A DNA stretch of 55,310 nucleotides, filler included, from Jimgerdemannia flammicorona (Eukaryota): the NCBI GenBank assembly GCA_003990765.1. It is 3 parts of 3 records of this genome, joined end to end, with 100 filler letters (N's around TTAATTAATTAA, not from the genome) between each part and the next. Parts side by side here need not be neighbours in the genome. Positions count along the whole stretch, not along the records: positions 36,945 to 55,310 come from RBNJ01002226.1; 2 more parts are not named here. One strand, 5' to 3'. The notes under the pieces are model-generated. The model did no database searches. It was not told the origin of the DNA and worked only from the letters and a program-made list of their open reading frames with translations. This document shows, piece by piece, positions 36,945 to 48,030 of this stretch (position 1 is its first letter; the number at the start of each line of letters is the position of its first letter). The translations under genes were made by a program, and so were the position numbers.

Positions 36945-39900
36945 AACAACCTGACCACCAGAACACTAGACTTTGTCAAGTTAAGACAAACTGCTAAGGC
37001 CCCAACCAAAGGAAGTCAAAAAGCAGCTGGATATGACCTGTATGCAGCCGAAGAAGCTACAGTTTCTAACCAAGAAGTCAAACAAGTCTATACAGGAATC
37101 AGTATCCAAATCCCTAAAGGACATATTGGAAGAATATGCTGTTGCAGCAGCCTAGCACTGAAAGGACTCTCAGTAGAAGGAGGAGTCATTGACGAAGATT
37201 ATACAGGCGAAATCATTGTCCTATCCGAAACCACAGTTGGACACTCTTCAAGATCCCTATTGGCTTCTGCATTGCCCAGATCTTGTTTGAAAAAATCGAG
37301 TCAACCCTGACAGTCAAGGAAGTCCCTGAACTACTACCTACCATCCGAGGATCCAAAGGATTTGGCTCATCAAACAAGGCCCCAGCCCAACCTACTGTAA
37401 GCAAAGAAAAACAATTCTACAAGAAGATAGAAGATGGATATGTACCAAGTGGCTGATGCCCTCATGGTATTGGAATGTACTCTTCCCGAATGATTGATGA
37501 TTGCTTCTCTTGTGTCAACGAATTGGCTCAAAGAAGAACCAACAGAAGAAAGGCTCCTACAACCAAAATCACCACAATTGGATCAGACAAACTGCTCACC
37601 CTTAAAGCTTTTGTCAATGGAGCACCTGTCAAGATTATGATAGACAGTGGTGCCTCAGGCAACTTCATCAATGAAGAGATAGCAAACAGACTCAAGGTCT
37701 TCACCTCCCCAGTACAGCAAACTCAAGCAGTTGCTACAGCTGATGGAACCTCGCATGTTATTAGCAAAGAAGTCCGCAATCTACCCTTCCGAATTGGCGA
37801 CTACCGAGTATATGTTACCCTCCAAATCGTACCACTTCCTGACAATGAAATCATCCTTGGGACTCCATGGTTAAAATAAGAGAACTCCATGATTGATTGG
37901 GTAAACTATTCCCTGACTATCAAGAAAGGATGCCACAACTTCAAACTACAAGGCGAAAAGGACCCACTCAACTCTAGGGACCCTGGACCAAAGATCACTC
38001 ATATCAATAAGCTACAACTCAAGAAATTGGCCAAGAAATGCCCTCTCTTCGCCATCTCCATCCGACCATCCAAAGGAGAACCTGAGAACTCTGAAGAAGA
38101 TTTTTCTAAAGTTGACAGCCATGTCAGACCACTACTCCAGAAATTCCGAGACATATTCCCAAAGAAGCTCCCGAAAGGCCTACCTCCCAAATGAGCAGTA
38201 GATCATGCCATCAAGACTATCCCAGATACCAAACCAGCCTTCAAGTCAATCTACCACATGTCTCCAAGAGAAATTGATGCACTCAAGAAGGAAATCGACG
38301 AACTCCTAGAACAAGGATTCATCAGACCCAGCATATCACCCTATGGTGCACCAGTCCTCTTTGTTGTCAAGAAAGGAGGAGACCTGTGAATGTGTATTGA
38401 CTACCGCGATCTCAATGAACAGACTATCAAGAACTGTTGCCCACTACTGAGGATCAATGAAATATTCGATAGACTTACCAACCCACAATTCATGAGCTCT
38501 TTTGACCTGTAAAATGGTTACTGGCAAATTGCCATGAAAGAAGAAGACATCTACAAGACAGCTTTCTGAACTCGCTATGGACACTTCGAGTTCCTGGTTA
38601 TGCCCTTTGGCTTAACTAATGCTCCAGCAACCTTTCAGACACTGATGAATACCATTCTGCATCCATACCTGGACAAATTCATTGTTGTCTACATTGACGA
38701 CATCCTAGTCTTCAGCAAAATGCTGGAGGAACATCTTGAACACCTTGAACTAGTACTACTGAAACTCCGAGAAAACAGACTCTTTGCAAAACTCAGCAAG
38801 TGCAAATTGCTCCTGAAAGAAATTCAATTCCTTGGACATATTATCACTCCAAATGGAATCAAAGTGGACCTCAGCAAAATCTCTGCAATCAAAGATTGGC
38901 CCAGACCAAGGAAGCTGAAAGACCTCCAGTCATTCCTGGGATTAGCAAACTATTACAGGCATTTCGTTGCCAACTTTGCTAAAATTGCTACTGTCCTCAC
39001 CCAAATGACCAAGTACAGCAAGAAACAAGAACAACCCTGGACCATGAAACAAGAGAAGGACTTCAACAATCTTATAAATTGGGGACCCAAACAAGATACC
39101 ACCTTTCAAGCACTGAAAGATGCCCTGATAACCACTCCAGTACTTCAAGCAGCAAACCCTGCCCTACCATATGAAGTCACCACTGATGCCTCTGATCTAG
39201 CTCTTGGAGCAGTGCTCATGCAAGAAGGACACCCTGTGGCCTATCACTCCCGCAAGTTCAATGATACCGAAATCAACTACACAACTCACAAAAAGGAAAT
39301 GCTAGCCATCGTAGACACTCTGATTAAATGGTGACCATATCTAGAAGGAGCACACTTCACTGTATTGACCGACCACAAGTCATTAGTCAACATCAAGACA
39401 CAGGCCACCCTTTCTCAAAAGCAAGCTAGATGGATGAAAGTCCTCACCAACTTTGACTACGAAATTCAGTACCACCCTGGCAAGGAAAATATTATTGCCA
39501 ATGCAATCTCCAGACCACCAATTGAAGAGGTTATCCAAACCCTGACTCTGGTTACTAATACTATCATGGAACAAATCATTGCAGCATGTGTTGATGATAA
39601 AGAAGCTCAAGCACTCCGAGAAATCCTGAACAATGATGATGCTGACAAGCATACCTGGTACAATCAATACCAACTCAAGGATAATGCTATCTACTACAAG
39701 GACAGATTGTATGTCCCAAACAACCGAGATCTCCGAAGGACTATCCTATTCGAATGTCATGATGCCCCTACAGCTGGACATTTAGGATTTGATAAATGTT
39801 ACGAAGTTATCTCCTGAAACTTCTATTGGCCCCATATGGCAGATCAGCTCAAAACCTACATCACTTCCTGTGATGCCTGCCAAAGAAACAAGTCCTCAAT

Positions 39901-41032
39901 ACTAGCAAAACCCGGCTTACTCCACCCTATTCCAGTACCATCTGCAAATTGGGAACAAATCTCTATGGACTTCATTGTACAACTACCCCGAACCAAGAAT
40001 GGAAAAGATGTAATTGTTGTCTTTGTGGACTATCTCAGCAAACAAGCCCACTTTGTGCCTACTACCACTACTGCAACAGCACCAGACATAGCCACACTCT
40101 TGTTTGACAACATCTTCCACTATCATAGTCTTCCCAAGATCATTATTAGTGACCGAGATCCGAAATTCACCAGCCACTTTTGGAAAGCCCTCCATGCACA
40201 CCTTGGAATGAAACTTGCACTATCCACAGCCTTTCACCCTGAAACTGATGGCCAAACTGAAAGAATGAACCGAACTCTGGAACAAATGCTAAGGAACTAT
40301 GTTTCCTATAGACAAGATGATTGGCATGAACACCTCACCGCAGTTGAGTTTGCCTACAACAACAGCAAGCAAGCCTCTCTTGGAATGACCCCATTCTTCG
40401 CCAACACTGGACAAAACCCAAACACCTCTTTGACACTTATCTGAACCACCGAAGAACCCTCCACAGTCAAAGCTGTTGAAGAATTCCTACTCCGAATACA
40501 TAATCTAAGCCAGATTGCAATTGAGAATTTATCACAAGCTCAAGAACAACAGTCACAGTATGTTAACCAACACTGCCGAGAAGAAACCTTTGACATTGGA
40601 GAAAAAGTTCTACTAGACATCAGAGGATACCGAGTTGATAACCTCAAGCACAGACTATCCACAAAGCTGAACAGCAAGTTCATTGGACCATTTGAAGTCA
40701 TTGCACAAGTCTCTCCAACCTCCTACAAACTGGCACTACCGGACACCATTAAGATTCACCCAGTCTTTAATGTTCAACGTCTCAAGCGATATAATGACAA
40801 TAATGATGAGCTATTTCCAAATCGGACCACCAAACCACCTGCACCTGTCATCATAAATGACCAAGAAGAATATGAAGTTGAACAAATCCTCAACAAATGT
40901 GGCAACAAGAACCATCCTGAGTACCTTGTCAAATGGAAAGGTTACCCGATCCATGATGCAACCTGGGAACCTAAGACCAATCTTCAGAATGCTACCGACC
41001 TAGTTTAGGAATATGATTCCTTGAACAACTAG
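36945..41032 (+). pseudogene. Gypsy family B (chromovirus) pol: dUTPase (36965-37372), CPH-x12-CxxC module, protease, RT, RNase H, integrase, chromodomain (40867-41020)
   Basis: [70 protein letters not shown] and EYEVEQIL...YLVKWKGY...TWEP. About ten premature stops, mostly TGA. Confidence 0.95.
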
Positions 41033-41457
41033 AACCAAATACTCTGCACCTATCCATACATACTATATATTACCCTCCTGAACATTATAACTATCACAAA
41101 CCAAATCAAGAACTCAGCAAAACAAGACAAGAATACCGACCCTCTGGAAAAATAGCAAAACTGAAAGCAAGCCTATTCTCCCTGTACCACTGGTGGGAAA
41201 CAAGGTGTAGACATTTAAGAAGATTCCTTAGAGGAAATTCTCCAGCAGTAAATGACATCAGAATCACTTCTGGCGCATGGCATTGAACACACGACCCTTT
41301 AACATGTGAATCCAACGCGTTAGGCAACTGTACTATGAGCATGCCACTTTCTGAGAAAATGGACCTTACCAGACTTTTGACCTCCCAAACAGTGTAACAA
41401 TACTAGAATAAATTAGAAGGCTCTGATGAGGACATCGAAAGCTAAGAAGGAGAGAGT

Positions 41458-43497
41458 TGTAAGTGCACAACCTCCAAGCCACTGAAATCACATATGACCT
41501 CCGAACAAATCTGGAAATCACCTGCTTGACTACAAAGCTGAGTCAAACCGAAGTCACAGTGCACAAAGCTGAGTCAATACGAAGTCACAGAACACAAGAT
41601 TTATACAAATGGAACCTTACCAATCAGGACCAAATGCATATATACTGAGCACCGAGACACGTCGAACCAGAGAACCAAAACAAACAACAACCACAACTTC
41701 CAAACACACAAACATGACCACTGAGATCTACAACTGCATCCGCGCTGACATTTGGAATGCCATTGTCAACCGAGCCACACCCCCTCTGCCCCTCATGAAT
41801 ATCCATAGCCTGGCACCCCTCTACTTCGTGGAAGCCCGATGGAACACCCTGAACATGCTTAGCGAGGCCCACCGAATCGGACAAATCTCAAGCTACTACC
41901 AGATCGGCTGCCTCCTGGAAGACATGGTCAAACACTACCATGATACAGACAGTACCCAGATGTCTCAACACCAGAAGCTCATCGCCCGCAAACATCGAGA
42001 ACTCTTCTATGAGTACAATACCTTTATTCCCTGCCTCCGAGTCACTACCAGTGAAATGATTGCTACTCTGTCCTATGGCCAAATCGATGACATGATACAA
42101 GAACTCAACCACAAGTACCTCAAATATGTCCAGACCACAGACAGAACCTTCCCGCACCCTGATGACCACATCCTGCAAATGCCTCAAGTCGGATACGCCA
42201 TGAAGGATGTCTATGATATAATCCACTTCGATGAAGATGAAGCAGAAGACAATGATCCCTCTGATGCCGACATGACCTCTAGCCAAGGATCTCTGCCAAC
42301 CCTGATCACTCCACCAACCTTGCCGATGAACTTACAACAGTTCATAACTACATACGAGACTTATTGGGACAATGACCACTGGTATGAATACCAACCCGCG
42401 TTCACCCCCAACTACTTCAACTATAATGAAGAGACCAGAGAACACAACCTGTACCTCCAAACAACCCTAGAGATCGAACCAACAACCCCACCACCTGAGT
42501 ACGAGCGACTCGAACCACAGCCGCCAGCTTACTACAACCCCGTGACTCATAGTCCTGTAACTTATAGAAGGTACGCAGACAGCGAATCCGATGAAAGCGA
42601 AGACAATATACCCATCCTTTGCCCACCAACACCTTATCCAGTATATGAAACAGACGATGCTATCCTGTGGGATGGAGATGAAGTCCCAATATATTACTAC
42701 CTCAGCCAACAAGGAGAAGTTATCCGCGAACCACTCTTCCTAGATGACTACTTCATCAGAGACGATGCAATCGATGGTGATGTCATTGAAGACTACCCAG
42801 ATAGTGCCTAAACCTATAATTAGTCTAGTAGTTATAGTATAGATAGATTAGCCTTATACGACGTGACTGTGAACTGACTCAGCAGTCAGATGATCTCTTG
42901 ACATGTCAGCTCACACTTGTACTATGTGACTGCATTTGACTCAGCAAGGCACTTAGTGCTATACCCATATCTAGCATAGTCCAGATAGGCCCTTACTAGT
43001 ATAAATACCCCCTCTCCCAGACCTCAGAATCTGACACTCGAACAGACTTGAACAATCCAAACACAACTCCTGAGCACTTCCCCACAATACCCCTTCACAC
43101 AAATATTCCTAGTATAGCAATATCATGAATAGCAAATAAACCTATTCCATAACCCACAAACCACTCTTAAGTAAATCTGCTCCCTGTTAGGTCCTACTCC
43201 TAACCCCATCACAAAATTTCCTAATTGGGTATTGTCTGCAGTGATATGCCAATTCAACTAAGCTGGTCTTAGTTTCTTGAACTTCCTGAAATATGGAAAA
43301 TCCTGAACATTCAGAACTAGTCCGAAAAAGGACTTTGGTTGAGACATCAACCGATCTTGAAATCAATAAGCGTAGAGAACATACTCCATATGAAATTGAT
43401 CTTGACCATAAGAAAATGGTCTTCCAGAACATCCAGAATATCCAGAAAACCTTTCCAGAACTATGTAATGGTTGCCCTAAAAAGTAACCCTCTTACA
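41458..43497 (+). repeat. 3' LTR of Gypsy family B (2040 bp), TGTAAG...CTTACA, containing a 400-aa ORF
   Basis: PPT AAGAAGGAGAGAG immediately upstream, 6-bp inverted termini, TATAAATA at ~43000, and a second copy at 52038-54060. Confidence 0.92.
41609..42811 (+). CDS. LTR(U3)-encoded protein of unknown function, 400 aa; conserved N-terminal domain and acidic Pro/Tyr-rich C-terminus
   Basis: Uninterrupted ORF within the LTR. IYNCIRADIW / YYQIGCLL / ARKHRELF...IPCLRVTT align with ORFs 11131 and 25693. Confidence 0.82.
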   Translation: MEPYQSGPNAYILSTETRRTREPKQTTTTTSKHTNMTTEIYNCIRADIWNAIVNRATPPLPLMNIHSLAPLYFVEARWNTLNMLSEAHRIGQISSYYQIGCLLEDMVKHYHDTDSTQMSQHQKLIARKHRELFYEYNTFIPCLRVTTSEMIATLSYGQIDDMIQELNHKYLKYVQTTDRTFPHPDDHILQMPQVGYAMKDVYDIIHFDEDEAEDNDPSDADMTSSQGSLPTLITPPTLPMNLQQFITTYETYWDNDHWYEYQPAFTPNYFNYNEETREHNLYLQTTLEIEPTTPPPEYERLEPQPPAYYNPVTHSPVTYRRYADSESDESEDNIPILCPPTPYPVYETDDAILWDGDEVPIYYYLSQQGEVIREPLFLDDYFIRDDAIDGDVIEDYPDSA

Positions 43498-43943
43498 CAA
43501 ACACAAACAAAACAAATCCAAATCGAGATTAAAAAACATCCGCAGACCCCAGAGGGGTGAGTACGAGTGAGAGGTGAGACCTTACTCTGCTCCCCTCCGC
43601 TGCCTTCGGCCCCTCGCTTCACTTGGGCTCACTGCAGCTTGCTCCATTTCAGCCTCACCCCTCGCTCGTGCTCACCCCTCTGGGGTCTGCGGATGTTTTT
43701 TAATCTCGATTTAGATTTGTTTTGTTTGTGTTTGTTTGTGATTTTTATCCTGCAACTGGGATTGGCTCCCCCTTTATCTCCACCTATCTCCGGTGGTCAT
43801 GTGGTTCCTAATTCGGTTTGCCCTGAGTTGTGGCATGTCCTCCCTTTTGGGATGTCATATTTTATATATAAGGACCGCGTTTTTACATGGCAATAAATAG
43901 CTGATGCATTTTCAGTTACATTCTTTGTTCGTCCCCCTTATAC

Positions 43944-45170
43944 ATGCCTTTCCACATGTCTTCTGTTCGCTTTGACACTGGCTCTGGGTTCACTCCCTTG
44001 GCTCCCACTGGGCCTTCTTCCTCCTCTGCTGTACCACCTGCCATTGGGGCCTCCGTCCTCATCAATGAGCTCATGGATGAGGAACTTCCTCCTCCCCCTC
44101 CCCCTGCCTTCACTCCTGCTACTGTCTCCTTTGAGACCTACGTCTCTTCTGCCATCCTTTCCCTCCCCTTAGACCTTTGTCCTTCTGGTTGTCCGCTCCT
44201 CTCTCAGTTTCGGTCAGTTCTTGCCCTCTCTGCCAAGGAGGCTCATCTCTGCCATGATGTCGACATCATCGCTCTGCCCACCATCTGCTACTCTGTTCTC
44301 CCTGAGGCCCGCCACCAAGCCCTCTCCGAAGAGGTTTGCGCTACCACTGCCGCCGCCAAGCTTGCCACTGCTGATGCTGCCGCTGCTTCTGCTGCCACTG
44401 CTTCCGCCTCCTTCCAACGTGCCTGTGCCACTTTCGTGGCCTTCGCCTCCTCCCGCCTTTCGGATACTGCCCCCTTCTGTGGCTTTGCCATCCAAGACAT
44501 TCCTTCTGTCACTGCCAATATCGACGCTGTGCATCATTTCCTCCTCACCGGCACCTCTTTTGTTGCTCGCCTTCATGAGCAGGAGTCATCACGTGCTACC
44601 ACTGCTGCTCATGCCGCCGCCCCTGCTCCCCTGCCTACCTCCCCTGAGGTTTCAGTCTCCAAGACCATCTACGCCAAAGCTCGTGCCGCTACTTGTGCTG
44701 AGGTTCGTTCCTTCACCACTGCTGCTGCCAAGGCCCTCTCCAAGACCCCCGCCAAGACCCCTGCCAAGCCCAACCAGACTTCATCGGCCTCTTCCCGGTC
44801 TCCCTCCCCCACCAAGGCTTCCTCCTCTATTCCCCCTACCCCCAAGCATGGCCACCAACTTGGTTCTTGCCCTGTCGGGGCTTGGCCTTACGCTGTCTGC
44901 TCTGGTCACCTCCACCATGCCTACTGGCACCCAGCCAAGTCCATCTGTCCTCATGGTGGTGTTCCTCGCGCTGCTGCCCCTTTGACTGCTTGCTCGCCTT
45001 TGGCCTCTACCAGTTCTTCCTCCGCCTCCTCCACCTGTGCCCCTGAATGTAAGGGCTGCACGAAAGCCTGTGGCCACAAGGTCTGGCACTCTGACAGAGT
45101 GTGCTCCCATTCATTGGGCTCGCTACCTTCAAAAAAAGTCAGAGGGAAGGGGAAGGCCTCCCGCTCTTAA
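43944..45170 (+). CDS. PLE ORF1 (Ala/Ser/Pro-rich, two C/H-rich WH motifs, basic C-terminus)
   Basis: 408-aa open frame starting inside the pLTR, upstream of the RT in the same frame. Confidence 0.7.
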   Translation: MPFHMSSVRFDTGSGFTPLAPTGPSSSSAVPPAIGASVLINELMDEELPPPPPPAFTPATVSFETYVSSAILSLPLDLCPSGCPLLSQFRSVLALSAKEAHLCHDVDIIALPTICYSVLPEARHQALSEEVCATTAAAKLATADAAAASAATASASFQRACATFVAFASSRLSDTAPFCGFAIQDIPSVTANIDAVHHFLLTGTSFVARLHEQESSRATTAAHAAAPAPLPTSPEVSVSKTIYAKARAATCAEVRSFTTAAAKALSKTPAKTPAKPNQTSSASSRSPSPTKASSSIPPTPKHGHQLGSCPVGAWPYAVCSGHLHHAYWHPAKSICPHGGVPRAAAPLTACSPLASTSSSSASSTCAPECKGCTKACGHKVWHSDRVCSHSLGSLPSKKVRGKGKASRS

Positions 45171-47063
45171 ACTTCCCCCCGGTGTGGTTCTCCCCCGGTG
45201 TCCCCATCCCTTCTCGGATTCCATCATCACTTCTGGTGCACCCTGAGTAGTTCCCCCCTTCGCCTTTCCCAGTTGCTTGTCCCGAACTTTTGGGTTTATT
45301 CTTCTCTTGGAACTCTTTTGTCTCCTCCTTTTTCTTCAGCTGACTGCCCCCTTTCTCCCCTTCAAGTCTTTGCCTTATCCTTGGGTCTTTGCTTTGTTTT
45401 TCCTGCAACTCCCTCACAATTCTCCTTCACTGATCCGGCTCGTCTAACACATTTTCATTGTGCTCTTGACCTTGCCATTTTCTTTCAAGATCATGGTGAG
45501 ATGCCCTCTCGCTATTTTGTTCCTAGCGATTGGGTCCCCCCTCCCAATATCTCTTCACACTGTGTATTCCTCAACATGGCTTGCTTACTGTCCATTCCCG
45601 GATGAGCTCGCTCTTACTTGGTTTCGGACCGTGCTGTGCATACCGCACTTAAATCAGTCAAGCAATTGTCTATGCATTTGCTCACAGTCACTGATAAGAA
45701 TCAGAGTTTTGTACTTATTCCTAAGTTGCTCTACCTTGATGGCCTTTCTGCCCTCCTTTGAGCCACAGCTTACAAGCCTAGTGCTCTTGGATTGGATGAG
45801 GTTCTCACTCTTCTTCGGGTTTCTCTGGCTCATGCTAGATCACTTTCAGATTTCCCATTCACGAACCCCATTTTTAACTTCTTCCAGGACTCTTTGTCCT
45901 CTCTGGATATTTCTCTTCTGGTTTTCTATGCTCTTCCTAAAGTTCACAAGCCTATTTTGGCTTGGCATCCTATTACGGCTGCTTACAGTTCTCTTACCAC
46001 CGAGATTTCAAAGTGGTTATCCCACTTCTTTCTCTCCTGGATGGCTCTCTTACAACACCGTCTTGGGCCTGAGTATACTATTCTTCATGATACTCAGGAG
46101 CTTGCCCTTCTCTGCTCCACCATTGTGCCTGTTCACCATTTTTCCCATTTGGCCTCTGGTGACTTCTCTTCCTTCTATACTACTATTCGTTTTGATGAGA
46201 TCGATGATTGCCTTCACTTCTTGGGTTCCTTGGTTTTTCCTTTGGATTCCCTGGTTTCACTGGCTTCCATTGTTGAGCTTATGCTCCTCGTCTGTGGCTC
46301 TAATTATTTTGAGTCAGCCCTTGGCTCCTTTCACCAGACTTCTGGTATTGCCATGGGTACAAATTGTGCCCCCATCCTTGCCAACCTCATTGGCCTGGCC
46401 CATGAATTGTATACGTTACGTGATATTACTTCACCTCTTTCCATTGTGTTCCAGGCTGGGGATATCTTCTTTCACTGATACATTAATGACTTTATTGTCT
46501 TTGCTGTTGCTGGTGTTGATATCCCTAGTGTGTTCCTGGGCATCTACTCTCCCCACCATTCTATTACCTGGGTGTGTGGTACAACTAGTATTCCCTTTTT
46601 GGACCTTTCCATTTCTCTTTCTCCTTTCCAAACTGTTGTTTATTCTCGTTTTCCCCATTCCCAACAGTTTCCTGACTTCTTGTCCAATCATCCTTGTTGC
46701 ACTCTTCTTGAATGCATTTGGGGTGAGGCTCATCATCTTGCATTATGCTACTCCCGTCATTCTGATTGGGTGTCTGCTGTTCGGGTTCTCAGCAACTTCA
46801 TGGTCCATCGTCGTGCCTACTCTATTTCTATTGTTCATGATCTGCTTGCTTCTGTTGAATGGTTTGTTGTTCGCTCTACCCTACTCTCTCCTCTTTATCT
46901 CCTCTCCCTTCCCTCTCTCCCCCCTTACCCTCTCCATACCCCCTCTTCTTTCCCACTCCCAATTCTTGTCGTACCATTTGATCATGCTCACTGGATTGCT
47001 CAATGCCCTGATACCGTCCTGCACTCTTCTCTTTCATACCATGGACTTTTATCTCTTTCCTGA
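45171..47063 (+). pseudogene. PLE reverse transcriptase (ORF2), with three in-frame TGA stops
   Basis: LSLGLCF, SDWVPP, TDKN, FYALPKVHK, DFSSFYTTI, QTSGIAMGTNCAPILANL, *YIND (decayed RYIDD) and IPFLDLSI, all in one frame. Confidence 0.9.
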
Positions 47064-47672
47064 CGCCCTCTGATTGCTCGTTCGCATCTTTCTTCCATTT
47101 CTTCTTCAATCCATCACTCTCATTTTGCATTTTCGTCACCTTCTGGTGCCTCCGGTTCTGCCAGAGAGGATTAAAAAACATCCTTGCCCCCTCCGGGGTC
47201 TCGTGCTCACTCCGGGGTCTCGGCCTTACTCTGCTCCCCTCTGCTGCCTTTGGCCCCTCACTTCACTCGGGCTCACTGTGGCTCGCTCCATTTCGGCCTC
47301 ACCCCTCGCTCATGCTCACCCCTCTGAGGTCTGCAGATGTTTTTTAATCTCGATTTGGATTTGTTTTGTTTGTGTTTGTTTGTGATTTTTATCCTGCAAC
47401 TGGGATTGGCTCCCCCTTTATCTCCGCCTATCTCTGGCAGTCATGTGGTTCCTAATTCGGTTTGCCCCAAGTTGTGGCACATCCTCCCTTTTGAGATGTC
47501 ATATTTTGTATATAAGGACCACGTTTTTACATGGCAATAAATGGCTGATGCATTTTCAGTTATGTTCTTTGTTCATCCCCCTTATACACACCTTTCCACA
47601 TATCTTCTGTTCGCTTTGACACTGGCTCTGGGTTTGCTCCCTTGGCTCCTGCTGGGCCTTCTTCCTCCTCTG

Positions 47673-48030
47673 ATCTTGGTGTCATTTGAAAGCTCTTAAT
47701 AAGGCCTATCTAATGATATCAAGAACATTGAAATCAGATTATGCATTGCTGAGTTATGAAGGAAAACATCTGAATCGCCGATTTTGGAAATTTTGTCAAA
47801 TAGAACATTTTCCTTAATATCTCAGCAATGCATAATCTGATTTCAATGTATTTGGTATCATTAGAAAGGCCTTATTAAGGGCTTTCAAATGACACCAAGA
47901 TTATCAAATTTGGATGATTATTAATCGAGTTATTGATGTAAACATTTAATTGTCTAATTTTGGAAATCAAAATAATGGTTGATTCGAATCCCATCCGAAT
48001 CCCATCTGGATTGACTCATTCAGAGCACTA
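47673..48030. mobile_element. hAT/MITE terminal fragment with an internal ~227-bp palindrome (47674-47900) and TIR GAGCACTA
   Basis: TCTTGGTGTCATTTGAAAG...CTTTCAAATGACACCAAGA inverted arms. The end, TAGTGCTCTGAATGAGTCAAT on the minus strand, resembles 23950. Confidence 0.7.

Larger units (their letters stand above)
43498..47672 (+). mobile_element. Penelope-like element lacking a GIY-YIG endonuclease, with 449-bp direct repeats (43580-44028, 47224-47672) and an inverted 5' segment (43498-43578)
   Basis: PLE-type RT motifs and pseudo-LTR direct repeats. 43498-43578 is the reverse complement of ~43652-43736. Confidence 0.88.

Noticed and set aside
41609..42811. LTR ORFs as envelope genes
   Set aside because: No signal peptide, furin site or transmembrane anchor is evident, and the C-termini are acidic and hydrophilic.
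43580..44028. Hammerhead ribozyme in the PLE pLTR
   Set aside because: I could not find a CUGANGA...GAAA core on either strand by eye; an Infernal search would be needed.
45460..47073. 537-aa hydrophobic ORF as an Env or membrane protein
   Set aside because: It is an alternative frame of the pyrimidine-rich PLE RT. The Leu/Phe richness and lack of stops follow from the C/T strand bias.
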